Source: Malacoraja senta (Eukaryota). Taken from it: 64,000 bases of DNA. The first letter of the stretch is position 1. Each line of letters begins with the position of its first letter. Shown piece after piece: positions 1 to 10,752 of this stretch. The translations under genes and the position numbers were made by a program. The notes below the pieces were generated by a model that saw nothing but the letters and a program-made list of their open reading frames with translations, searched no databases and was not told where the DNA came from. The stretch is from positions 236,282,001 through 236,346,000 of the forward strand of contig CM075977.1 of NCBI GenBank assembly GCA_038087875.1, read 5' to 3'.

Positions 1-557
1 GCAAGAATAAGAGGACCTGGAGTATTGTGTGCAGTTTTGGTCTCCAAATTTGAGGAAGGACATTCTTGCTATTGAGGGAGTGTAGCGTAGGTTCACAAGG
101 TTAATTCCTGGGATGGTGGAACTGTCATAGCTGAGAGAATGGAACGGCTGGCTTGTATACTCTGGAATTTAGAAGGATGAAAGGGAATCTTATTGAAACA
201 TATAAGATTATTAAGACACTAGGGGCAGGAAACATGTTCCCGATGTTGGGGAGTCCAGAACCAGGGCCACAGTTTAAGAATAAGGGGTAAACCATTTAGA
301 ACGGAGATGAGGAAACACTTTTTCACACAGAGACTTGTGAGTCTGTGGAATTCTCTGCCTCAGAGGGCGGTGGAGGCCGGTTCTCTGGATACTTTCAAGA
401 GCGAGCTAGATAGGGGTCTTAAGATAGTGGAGTCATGGGATATGGGGAGAAGGCAGGAACGGGATACTGATTGTGGATGATCAGCCATGATCACATTGAA
501 TGGCGGTGCTGGCTCGAAGGGCCGAATGGCCTGCTCCTGCACCTATTGTCTATGTCC
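1..557 (+). mobile_element. CR1 LINE 3' end (ORF2 C-terminus + 3' UTR)
   Basis: Encodes HLEYCVQFWSP...; closely matches the 3' ends of CR1 copies at 43255-43805 and 46122-46690(-); ends GGCCGAATGGCCTGCTCCTGCACCTATTGTCTATG. Confidence 0.9.
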
Positions 558-559
558 AT

Positions 560-1073
560 TCCGCTCAGTCTGCCTAAACTTACCTGATCTCCCAGTTGGT
601 AAACACTTTATCTACCCCTCCCATTCGCATACTGAAACTTTCTGTCCTGGGCATCCTCCATTGTCAGAGTGAAGTCCAGCGTAAATTGGAGGAACAGCAC
701 CTCATATTTCGCTTGAGCAGCTTGCACCCCAGCGGTATGAACATTGAATTCTCTAACTTCAAGTAACCCTTGCATTTCCTCTCTCTCCATCCCTCCCCTT
801 TCCAGTTTTCCGACCAGTCTTACTTTCTCCAACTACATTTTATCTTTGTTTGCTTTGTTGTTACCTTCTCCCAGCCAACGATGATCTATACTGCATTTTC
901 CTTGACCTCCATTCCCTCTGTCCTATTTTCACACCATACACTTCCTTATCTATGTATCTCCCTCTCCCCTGACATCAGTCTGACGAAGGGTCTAAACCTA
1001 AACATCACCCATTCCTTCTCTCCAGAGATGCTGCCTGTTCCGCTGAGTCACTCCAGCATTTTGTGTCTATCTT
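560..1073 (+). mobile_element. Penelope-like element 3' fragment (GIY-YIG endonuclease C-terminus + pLTR with degenerate hammerhead)
   Basis: Frameshifted translation DLPVGKHF..PSHSHT..SVLGILHCQSEVQRKLEEQHLIFRLSSLHPSGMNIEFSNFK*, typical of Penelope; followed by CTGACGAAGGGTC... at ~980 and the TCTCCAGAGATGCTGCCTG...TTTTGTGTCTA end shared with other copies. Confidence 0.8.
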
Positions 1074-1074
1074 C

Positions 1075-1200
1075 GGGTGAAAAAGGGTGGTGAGTTTATG
1101 GAATGAGCTACCAGATGACATGGTAGAGGCAAGAACAATTGCAACTTTTAGGTGGGCATCTTGGTCAGCATGGGCAAGTTGGGCTGAAGAGCTGGTCTAT
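1075..1200 (+). mobile_element. Decayed CR1 3' remnant
   Basis: AGGGTGGTGAGTTTATGGAATGAGCTACCAG...GGCATCTTGGTCAGCATGG resembles CR1 RVVSLWNELP and 3' UTR. Confidence 0.6.
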
Positions 1201-1417
1201 CACTCTTTAAGGTATGGCTTCAAATCACATAAATCAATCCAATGATGAGTGAGTGCTATATTGTGCATGGTGTTGTATTGTAGATGAACAGTAAAATTGA
1301 AGGTACTTTGAAATGGAATGCTTTGTATTATCTGATATGAATACAAAGAAAAACAATAAATTAATCTCTTGTCATGACAATATTCATCCATCAATCAACC
1401 TCTCAAAAATAAACTTC

Positions 1418-1515
1418 AGTTCTGGTAAGGGGTTCTGAACTTGAAAAGATAACAGTTTTTCTTTTCATAGAAACTGTTTGATTTGCAGAGTTTTTCCTGA
1501 TTTTATGTTTTTATC
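1418..1515 (+). mobile_element. Highly decayed Penelope pLTR unit
   Basis: Aligns loosely to the CTGAnGAAGGG...GAAA...GCTGAGT...TTTT pattern of the better copies. Confidence 0.4.
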
Positions 1516-2310
1516 ACAAAAAATCCATTTTCCACTCAATATAACATTTCTTTTATGCGGATTCACTGTGTCCAAATTGTCTGCCAGTTTCCTGAATTAC
1601 CATAAAAATACGTTATTGAATAAGAAGCAGTTCCGGAGATGGGTATGAAAAGTTGTGAATGATGAATCGAATATGAATCCGTCTCTCCTTCTTTGTGGTT
1701 TAAAGGACCTTCAGACATCTTCATGCAGAATGAGCTTGATAAAAAATACAATATGTTTTATAAAAGGAGCTCTAAGAAAAATTAAGAAGGAAATGAAACG
1801 AGAATAAATGAAGGCGATCATTTCATTACAGCTACTTGAAGAGATCTAGAAATGTGATATATTCCCATCAGAAAAGTGAGCAAAATATACTTTGCACAAC
1901 AGGAACAATTACAGTGCAAAGAGGTCAAAGATAAGGAGGACGATTGAAGGTGCTTTAAAAGATACAAGGCATCAAAAAATCAAATCTGCAAAAAAAGTTC
2001 TATATTTTGCAGTGTTCATTATTAACATAACATCACAAAATACAACATTATCAACATATTTAGCATTATAAGAATTTGGCTGCATTAAGACTGTATCCTT
2101 CTATGTTTACATTAGAGCTATTGAGCAATTAAAAAAGTGATTAATTATAAAAATTAAAAATATAATCGCCAACTTAATTATAGTGTTATACCATGAAATT
2201 ACTAACATCTGACCCTATAATTAGCACTGCCGAATGATTTAAAAGTATTTTGATTAATCACACAGTTTAAAAAATACCCGTGAATTAATTGCAGTAATGT
2301 AATAATATTA

Positions 2311-2768
2311 GGGTGGCACAGCGGCACAGCTGGTAGCGCTGCTGCCTCACACTGCCAGAGACCCGTGTTCGATCCTCACCTTGGGTGCTGTCAGTGGGGA
2401 GTTTACATGTTTTTCCTGTGACTACATGTGTTTCCTCTGGGTGCTGCGGTTTCCTCCCACATCCCAAAGACATGTGAATTTGTAGGTTAATTGGCTTCTG
2501 TAAATTGTTTCTGGTGTGTAGGATAGAACTAGTGTACAGGTGATCATTGGTCGGTGGGCCAAAGGGCCCTTTTCCATGCTGTATCTCTAAACTAAACTAA
2601 ACTAAATGTGCAGGTTTGTAAGTTAATTAGCCCCTGTAAATTGACCCGAGTTTATATGGAGTAGATATGAAGAGTGGGAAACATGAATCTAGTGTGAACA
2701 GGTGATCGATGGTCAGTGTGGACTTGAAGGGGTTGAAGGCCTTGTCCATGCTGTATCGCTGCACTAAA
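2311..2768 (+). mobile_element. HE1-type V-SINE (tRNA-derived head) with duplicated 3' half
   Basis: A-box-like TGGCACAGCGG, B-box GTTCGATCC, V-domain GGTTTCCTCCCACATCCCAAAGAC, CR1-like tail and (CTAAA)n; a second tail at 2607-2768. Confidence 0.85.
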
Positions 2769-2954
2769 TATTAACAATAGTTTTACATTATAACATTTAT
2801 AAAGGGTTTTGAGTGCTAAAAGTAATCATGATAAATTACATTATCAAGTTAATTGCTGTTTTAATCACATTTTTAAATAAAAGTGGAGTATCAATATTTT
2901 GAGATAATTCAAAAGGTAAACACTATGAGTCACAGTCTCAGTGATATGAGGTGT

Positions 2955-3225
2955 ACTGCACAGGAATGGGCCCTTTAGACCATGTCATCCATGTCACACT
3001 TTTTGCTCATCTTTACTAATTACATTTGCCCTCATTCAGACATTATCTTTCTATGTATTACCTATTTAAATGTATGTGTGTAAATGCCTCTTGAGCACAA
3101 TAACTGTATCGAATTTCACCACCTTTGACTGCGTATTGTGGATATCAACCACTCTGTGTGGAAAAAAAAGTAACGCTAATATCCCCCTTCAATCCTACCA
3201 CGCATCTTAAACTATGGTCTCGGTT
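2955..3225 (-). mobile_element. Decayed CR1 3' end
   Basis: Reverse-strand similarity to CR1 3' end (ACCACTCTGTGTGGAAAAAA; AAATGCCTCTT). Confidence 0.55.
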
Positions 3226-3452
3226 TTAAGGTGAGAGGGAGAGAGTGACAGGAGTAGGGAGAAGAGGGGTGGTGGAGGTAGGTGCTGGTGAAATAATCAG
3301 GTGAGAGACAGAGTGAGATAGAAGGGCGATAGGGATAAAACAAGGTGTGGATAACGATGATAGAGAGTACTGGGGATAAGGGGCAAAGGAATGACTGGAG
3401 AATGGAAAGGTTGCAGATGCGAAAGTGGTAGGGTTTAGAGAGGGGAGGTGTG

Positions 3453-3871
3453 TGTATTATCACCTTGTCGTGGTGGAGAAGCTTGTGTGGACCTGGATCC
3501 TGAGAGCGATGTCGTCTGGAGCTATGCTCCTGGTAGTGCCACCCATGGCGATAAGGTCGAGGGGGAGGTCTCTGACAAAGAGCAATCCAACCAAGACCTC
3601 AACGGTGGAATAGGCGGAGGATGATGGCTGACCTTAGTGGTGCGTCACAACGGCTGGGAAGGCGGATGAAGGCTGCAGCAGAAAAGGATCTCCGGTCGTC
3701 TTGGACTCCATGCCACTGGATCCTGACCCAGATCTGTCAAGGACCGTGGGGTGGCTTCCTGTACACCACCAGTCTCCCCATGTTAAACAAAGTCATGCAC
3801 AGGCATCCTCCATATAGGGAATAACACACTGGAGACACCCATGGTCAGCCATGACCGCAAGGGGCCTAAGA
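3453..3871 (+). mobile_element. Non-autonomous bipartite RTE derivative (RTE 5' UTR joined to RTE 3' terminus)
   Basis: Starts CACCTTGTCGTGGTGGAGAAGCTTG, like BovB/Expander-type RTE 5' ends; ends with stem GGTCA-GCCA-TGACC then CCTAAGAAG; possible 7-bp TSD AGGTGTG (3446-3452 / 3872-3878); no ORF. Confidence 0.65.
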
Positions 3872-4561
3872 AGGTGTGCCTACAGAAGGAGGGAGTGGTT
3901 GGAGTAGTGATTGGTGGTGGTCAAGAGAAAGTGAAACATAATAGTGGGGGGGGGGGGAATGGTGTGGAGAGAGATTGCTGGCACTAAGGAAAAATGCTGG
4001 TGTTAGGGATTGCGATTGCAGGAAAAATAAAAAAATGGTGATGGCGTTGGGAGTGAATGGTTTGGGGGAGTAAGGAGGGAGTGCAAAGAGGGAAGATGAA
4101 GTAGGTTTATGGAAGTAATAGAGGCAGGAGATAAAGAGGAAAGGTGGAGAATAGATGGAGTAGAAAGTAATAGCTGGAGGTCGAAGGGGTAGATATAGGT
4201 TGGAACTGCTGCAAGCCAATGGCTGGGAAGTGGTTAGTGAATTAAACTAAGCCTGGCTTTCAAAGAAAGCTGCAAGAGTTTTGGGCTTCTTGCATTCTCT
4301 CTTTTCTTGTTGCCTGTCATGCGATGATCAGCCATGGTGTGGGATGGGAGTCCTGGCATATTCAGGGTAGAGTGGGTAGAGCATAGTGGGTGGGACTCTG
4401 ATGTTGGGGGTATTCAGGGCCTGGAAGCTGAAGCTAGTCTTCAGGGTGCACATTAAATTATTTCCTGTAATTATTTTGTTATGTTATAAGATGGCCACAG
4501 TAAACTAATTAGTTGCACTGGGGTTGAAGAGTAGAGGCTACAGTCCAAAGTTCTGCTACTC

Positions 4562-5018
4562 CATTGTCATTGTGCAGTATACAGTACAGAGACAACGAAA
4601 TGCAGTTAGCATCTCCCTAGAAGAGCGACATAAATATGAGCAGTAAATAAATAAATCTAATAAATCCTGGTGGGAGGAGTGTCCGGGGGGGGGGGTGATT
4701 GACAGTCACCGAGGTACAGTGTTGAGTAGTGTAACAGCCGCAGGGAAGAAGCTGTTCCTGGACCTGCTGGTCCGGCAACGGTGAGACCTGTAGCGCCTCC
4801 CGGATGGTAGGAGGGTAAACAGTCTGTGGTTGGGATGAGAGCAGTCCTTGGCGATGCTGAGCGCCCTTCGCGGACAACGCTTGCTTTGGACAGACTCAAT
4901 AGTGGGGAGTGAGGAACCGGTGATGCGTTGGGCAATTTTCACCACTCTCTGCAGTGCTTTCCGGTCGGAGACAGAGCAGTTGCCATACCATACTGTGATG
5001 CAGTTGGTAAGGATGCTC
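4562..5018 (-). mobile_element. Rex1/Babar LINE 3' end, cut by assembly gap
   Basis: SILTNCITVWYGNC...[22 protein letters not shown], homologous to the C-termini of the ORFs at 19499-20323 and 30458-31873. Confidence 0.9.
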
Positions 5019-5218
5019 NNNNNNNNNNNNNNNNNNNNNNNNNNNNNNNNNNNNNNNNNNNNNNNNNNNNNNNNNNNNNNNNNNNNNNNNNNNNNNNNNN
5101 NNNNNNNNNNNNNNNNNNNNNNNNNNNNNNNNNNNNNNNNNNNNNNNNNNNNNNNNNNNNNNNNNNNNNNNNNNNNNNNNNNNNNNNNNNNNNNNNNNNN
5201 NNNNNNNNNNNNNNNNNN
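5019..5218. other. Assembly gap (200 N)
   Basis: Run of N. Confidence 1.
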
Positions 5219-5547
5219 CTTCAATCTATAATAACTGAACATTTCATTCAGGTCTTTTAATTTTAAAGAAAGTTATGGGCTTTTGACTATCCTCGATCAC
5301 TGCTTTTGTGTTAAGTCAATGGAAAAGCAATAGGGAACAAGATGCTAATTTCCGAGTATGAAAATGGCCATAACTTGTTTAATACTGAAGATATGAAAGT
5401 AAATTAGGTGTCAAATTAAACTTCTTTTTATGCTTTATCTGATGGGATAAATTGCAGACTTGATTTTTAAAATCTCCAAATTTTGTAACATTGCTAGAAA
5501 ATGTACCTACATCTTGGAGGCCGAAGGTTAGGTTGTTAGCCAAGAAA

Positions 5548-5621
5548 GATAGACTTCATTATCCCTCAGTACCGCAACATCAAGAACGATGTTGCTGTAC
5601 TGAGGGATAGCCAAGTCTATC
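5548..5621. repeat. 74-nt near-perfect hairpin
   Basis: GATAGACTTcatTATCCCTCAGTACcGCAACATC-aagaac-GATGTTGCtGTACTGAGGGATAgccAAGTCTATC: 34-bp stem with 3 mismatches. Confidence 0.85.
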
Positions 5622-5689
5622 CCTCATTGCTAGCAGCTGATGGGAAGCGGCTGTAAAGTGGGAAGCGGCTGTAAAAGGACAGCGCTGCT

Positions 5690-6955
5690 GGGGGGGGGGG
5701 AGAAGAGTTCCTATCATAGCATGTGGGTAATCTGGCCAGGGGTAAAGTTGCGGGGATGGCAGGAGCATTGAGAAGGAGGGGGTGGGGGATCATGCCAGCA
5801 TCCAGCTCAAGAGCGGGTCAGCGGGCGATGGATAACATTGGAAAATCCGGGGGGGGGGGGGGGGGGCAGAGGGGACACGTCCCCTCCATGTTTTGAGAGG
5901 TGTGGGACATCCCCCCCAAGTTTTTGTAATCCGGATTGAAAACCCGGTGAAATCTCCGCTTTCCACGAGACAGTGGGGGTGGGACTGATGATCGAGGGCA
6001 CTGACGTCGGTCAGCAGGCAATGGGGGAGGGACATGATTCAGCGCGATGATTGAAGGAGGGAGACGTGGCACAGACCTGCGCTTCATCTGCAGCCAGGAT
6101 CGATCCCGGCCGGCTCTCCGGCGCTGTCCTGTCCCCTCCCGAGTGCCCCCCCCCCTGCGGGTGGTCAGAGAGGTCGGCAGCAAAGATCCTCCGCTATAGG
6201 ATCTTTTGGTCGGCAGTCAGACGGGCCAGCACAGAGAAACAGAGCTAAACCCAGCTAACTCTGCCTGTCCCGCCAGGTGAGCCTACAGCCTGCCTGGGCT
6301 TACGGGAAATATGGCCTGCGCGGAGAAGCAGCGCTGGTGTCCCGTCAGTCCAGTCAGGGCTTGTAGGTTAACCCGGTGAGACAGGCGGAGTTCAGCTGCA
6401 TTTAGCGCTGGATTGAGCCTCCGAAGCCTCGCGCGTGTGTGTGAGTGTGCGCATGCGCACGCGGTCGCCAAAAATTGTGTCCCCCATCCACTCATGTTTT
6501 GATAGCGAGTTCCGCTCTTGGATAACAGGACAGCGGGCGGTGGAGCTTACTCCATATGTCAGGGCGAGTAACCTCAATTGATCCCTTGTTCGCGATGACA
6601 CAGGAGTAAGCTCCACGCCCGCTGTGATGTTATCCATCATCCTCTGACCCACTCCGCTCTGTGATCTTTGCTCTTGAGCTGGTCCCTCATTGTTCAGACA
6701 GAGAGCACTGCCAGAGGTGAGCGGCCAGCAGAAGGCGCTGAGATGGCAGTCGGTTCCGCTGTCCAATGATGGAGGCCGCTCGTAGCCACGCGAGCTGCTT
6801 CCCTCCCCGGCCACAATGCGGTGGCTCCGCGCCCGGAGTGCCGCGGCAGCGGTGAGTGAGTGGGTTACTGGCATGAATCCCGACCCCCTCCTTCTCAAAA
6901 CTCCTGCCCTCCCCGCAACTTTATCCCCACACGCTGTGAAAGGAACTCTCCCCCC
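5690..6955. repeat. Nested imperfect foldback (inverted-repeat) element with internal insertion
   Basis: 5695-5798 is the reverse complement of 6868-6955; 5802-5837 pairs with 6628-6682; 6519-6570 pairs with 6586-6636; 5838-6518 is flanked by the direct repeat TGGATAACA. Confidence 0.8.
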
Positions 6956-7279
6956 AATTGGTCCCTTGAACTAGTATTGTCATTCAATAAGATGGCAACT
7001 GATTCAACTTGTCCCGGTGTGCTCCCGTTTTTCCCACAATCTTTCCACCTGCTGTCACCCTCCACCCCCACCCAATCAGTAATTCAGAAAGAAGGAGGAT
7101 TTGGAAGCCTTGGGCAAATTGAATTGTTACTTTAATTTATTTTTATTTTTATTTTTACGGAGAGGAGAACAATCTGCGCATGCGGGTTTAAGATTTTTTG
7201 AAAGCCGACTGACTGTCATATTACTCACGACACGTGCCTGAATATGACTCATTTATAATTATCTATTTATATTTCTATG

Positions 7280-7324
7280 AAAATTGGTCCCAATTGGGCC
7301 CCGCACCTCCTGAGACCGGCCCTG
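7280..7324. mobile_element. Right terminus of a hAT-like MITE
   Basis: ...GGGCCCCGCACCTCCTGAGACCGGCCCTG (CAGGGCCGG-type end); matching left end not found. Confidence 0.45.
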
Positions 7325-7719
7325 CTTGTCTCTGCCTGGCCAAGCCTTTAGCCTTGTGCAAGCAGACACTACCAAAAGGTGACGCAGTCCCAAGCGCCCT
7401 TCCAGAAGATCGACTACGATCCAAGTGGGGGTTACCTTTTATCGGTCAACGAACCATGAGGGGCCGAACTACATCGGGGTGGGTCCCCTTACAAGCCAAT
7501 CACACATATCGATTACATTAAAGTATTATTGACAGTTCCCCAACCCAATTACAAAGAGTCCCAAACAATGTTTCTATAGAAGCTTCTGGAAGGAAGTCAA
7601 TTAATCAAATAACGCAACATTCTCCTGGGTAATGTAAATAATTCAAACAAGGCTTCACACTTCAGCCAATCCTCAAACAGCAGGATAACTGTCTTGCAAC
7701 ATTATTAACACTATTTACA
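7325..7719 (-). mobile_element. Probable ERV 3' LTR (U3/R part, truncated)
   Basis: On the minus strand a short purine tract AAAGGGAT is followed by TGTAAATAG; two ATTGG (CCAAT) boxes and GATAAAA; lies downstream of env-like and pol remnants. Confidence 0.5.
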
Positions 7720-7729
7720 ATCCCTTTGC

Positions 7730-7975
7730 AGCAATCTAATCAAAGCAATGCATTTATAACACCTTGAAGTTTCTTTGCAGGGTCCTCATACATATTATCA
7801 ATTGGGAGGACATCTGGATCTTTCCCCATGCTGTATATCAATCTAGTGGCTCAGACTGGCTAGCGCCATCCACAGCCTGCAATTTTCCACAGACAAACGT
7901 TAAGCAAATCTTACAAATGCAGAGATCCTCCATTTTACAGTGTCTTCAATTTGGTCAATATTAATATTCTTCCAT
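7730..7975 (-). pseudogene. Probable ERV env C-terminal remnant
   Basis: Broken frames NIDQIED..., CICKICLTFVCGKLQAVDG..., GKDPDVLPIDNMYEDPAKKLQGVINALL* just upstream of the putative PPT/LTR; assignment is largely positional. Confidence 0.35.
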
Positions 7976-8124
7976 TTTATCATTTATGATAATCCTCATC
8001 ATTAATGATAACCAAAATACAATAATGACTGCTTTATTCTAACAGATATCCTAACAAATAGATGCTGATGTATTTTCCCAGAATTTCATCAAGCTTCACA
8101 AGTTTTCGTGGGCGTAGCTTCATG

Positions 8125-8712
8125 ATTTCCGTCTGATGAGTCTTCACCTCCCGAGTTTTCGTGGGCGCGAATCCCATCCATCAATCCCATTCAGTGGCTG
8201 GGCCACCTGGAATGGCCGCATTCCTTAGCGGAGGCCGCGGCTTCCGAAGCCGACAAGGCCATGCCGGTTTGGAGCTCCAGGCTCCCGATGTTAAAGACGG
8301 CGCCGGCCCGATCCTCTCCGCAGCCCCGCAGCCCGGAGGTGTTGAGCTTGGCGGTCACAGCTCACCGGAGCTCCAGCGCATCGATCCAGCGCGGCGACCC
8401 AGGCAAGGCATCGCCCGCTCCGCTCCGCGATAGCGCTCCAGCGCTGTGCCGCCACCGAAGCCGAGTGCTGGGCGGTCCCCGTCAGGAAACGGCGCTCCAT
8501 GCCCGGCTGGTAGGCCACGAGGACGGGTCGACGGGGCAGCCCAGAGAAAAAGCTGCCTCACCGACCAGGTAGGGACCTAAAATATAGTTACCCCCATTCA
8601 CCCTACATTTAAAAGTAGATTACTCCAACGGACGAGACACTGGACACACTGAAACTATTAAAAAAAAAGTGAATTAAACGGACGGCTGCTGCTTAGCAGC
8701 CATTCCCCAACA
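8125..8712 (-). mobile_element. GC-rich SINE-like element (5' part), related in layout to 32571-33430 and 56660-57485
   Basis: Head ATGGCTGC..GCAGCCGTCCGTTT, T-rich tract, G-rich tract, CpG-rich body; 3' tail absent. Confidence 0.5.
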
Positions 8713-9101
8713 TGGCTCCTCCTCCACAATGGAGTGGAGCAGATGATCAAAATACATTTGTTTATGAACAGAAAGTCCAGTCTTGGTGCTGAGCCTCTCC
8801 AGGCGCCAACCTAAAACTTGGTGTGTACCAGGGAGCAGTATGGGAAAATGAGACAACCCGTGTTTTCAGAGGGCTAGAGAATCAAGCGCAGAAGATAAAG
8901 TGTTGTTGTAGTAGTCCATTTAGATCCGGGAGTGAGGGGGTTGGAATAGGAACGAGGTAATTAAACTGCTGAGATTTTTCTGTGTTAACATGTCTGATGT
9001 TGTGGTATGACATGATGCAATGCACCGTTGATTTACTGAGCGGTAGGTTGGTGTTGAATAATACAGCTTTTTGGTCTGAGATGGGTAGATCAGCAGAGGT
9101 G

Positions 9102-9196
9102 ATAGAAACATAGAAACATAGAAAATAGGTGCAGGAGTAGGCCATTCGGCCCTTCGAGCCTGCACCGCCATTCAAATAATGATCATGGCTGATCAT
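9102..9196 (-). mobile_element. CR1 3' tail fragment
   Basis: (TAGAAACA)n then AGGTGCAGGAGTAGGCCATTCGGCCCTTCGAGCC. Confidence 0.85.
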
Positions 9197-9204
9197 TATC
9201 CTGA

Positions 9205-9763
9205 TCATCTACTTCCTGAGAAGATTACGGAGAATCAGTTTGTCAAGGAGGACTCTCTCTAAATTCTACAGGTGCACAGTAGAGAGCATGCTGACCGGTT
9301 GCATCGTGGCTTGGTTCAGCAACTTGAGCGCCCTGGAGAGGAAAAGACTACAAAAGTAGTAAACACTGCCCAGTCCATCATTGGCTCTGACTCCCTTCGA
9401 GGGGATCTAGCACAGTCGCTGCCTCAAAAAGGCTGGCAGTATCATCAAGGACCCACACCATCCTGGCCACACACTCATCTCCCTACTGCCTTCAGGTAGA
9501 AGGTACAGGAGCCTGAAGACTGCAACGACCAGGTTCAGGAATAGCTACTTCCCCACAGCCATCAGGCTATTAAACCTGGCTCGGACATAACACTGAACTT
9601 TATTAGCCAATACTGTTATTTGCACTTTATCAGTATATTGATTCATGTGTGTATATATTTATAGAATGTCTTGTTGTCAATGCCTACTATGTTCTGTGTG
9701 CTGAAGCAAAGCAAGAATTTCATTGTCCTATCAGGGACACGTGACAATAAATTCACTTGAACA
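9205..9763 (+). mobile_element. Rex1/Babar 3' fragment (same subfamily as 30242-31909)
   Basis: Near-identical to the reverse complement of 30250-30830; ends GTGACAATAAATTCACTTGAAC. Confidence 0.9.
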
Positions 9764-10527
9764 TTATGATCATGGGTGATGTTATATGGTGTAATGCAGC
9801 AACAACAAACTAGGTCAAGGATATGGTGTGGGTTGTAAAATTGACATATTGTGTTAGGTCGAAGCAATCTAACATATCTTTAAAATCTTTAGTAAAAATA
9901 TTGTCAATGTTATCGAAATGGACATTAAAATCCCCCATTAGGACGATATTAGGAGACATTGCACTAAGGGTGGTTAAAATTGTCGATAGTTCAGAGAAAA
10001 GAATATTTGATGGCTTGGGTGGTCTGTACAGCACAACAATAATGGTGGGTGTAGGTCCACAGAGCTTAACAGCCAGCTGTTCATAGGAAGACTGATCAGG
10101 TAGAGAGAGTGATGTTAGTTTTATGCTCTCGCGATAGATCAGCGCGAGGCCGCCTCCCCTGCCCGAAGAACGGGGTTTGCATATGTAAGCAAACCCCGGT
10201 GAAGCTGCTGAGTTTAGCTGTAGAAAGTCAATCTGTGGCTGCCAGGTTTCTGTGAGACATTAAAAATCCAGTTTGTTATCTGTGATGAAGTCATTGACCA
10301 GAGGGGCTTTATTGGTGATAGATCGAATGTTGTAGAGGGCAAACTTATGACAAGTCATGTGCATATATGCAGCTGATTTAGGTAGTGGAGTTAAGTTTTG
10401 GTGGTTAACGGCCCTTGTCTTTCTTAAAAAGTGTCTTGATCTGATTACAGTGTGAATTCTTTGAGCGGAGTGCTTAATGTCTGATATCGCCAGTCCACAT
10501 GGGGGAGCCAGTGAGTCAGAAAGTTTG

Positions 10528-10752
10528 TTAGATACATAGATACATAGAAAATAGGTGCAGGAGTAGGCCATTCGGCCCTTCGAGCCTGCACCGCCATTCA
10601 ATATGATCATGGCTGATCATCCAACTCAGTATCCCGTACCTGCCTTCTCTCCATACCCCCTGATCCCTTTAGCCACAAGGGCCACATCTAACTCCCTCTT
10701 AAATATAGCCAATGAACTGGCCTCAACTACCCTCTGTGGCAGAGAGTTCCAG
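10528..10752 (-). mobile_element. Young CR1 3' fragment
   Basis: Almost identical to 46122-46331. Confidence 0.9.

Noticed and set aside
2311-2385. tRNA gene
   Set aside because: A/B boxes belong to the HE1 SINE head; no cloverleaf. The same applies at 18020, 36481 and 44527.
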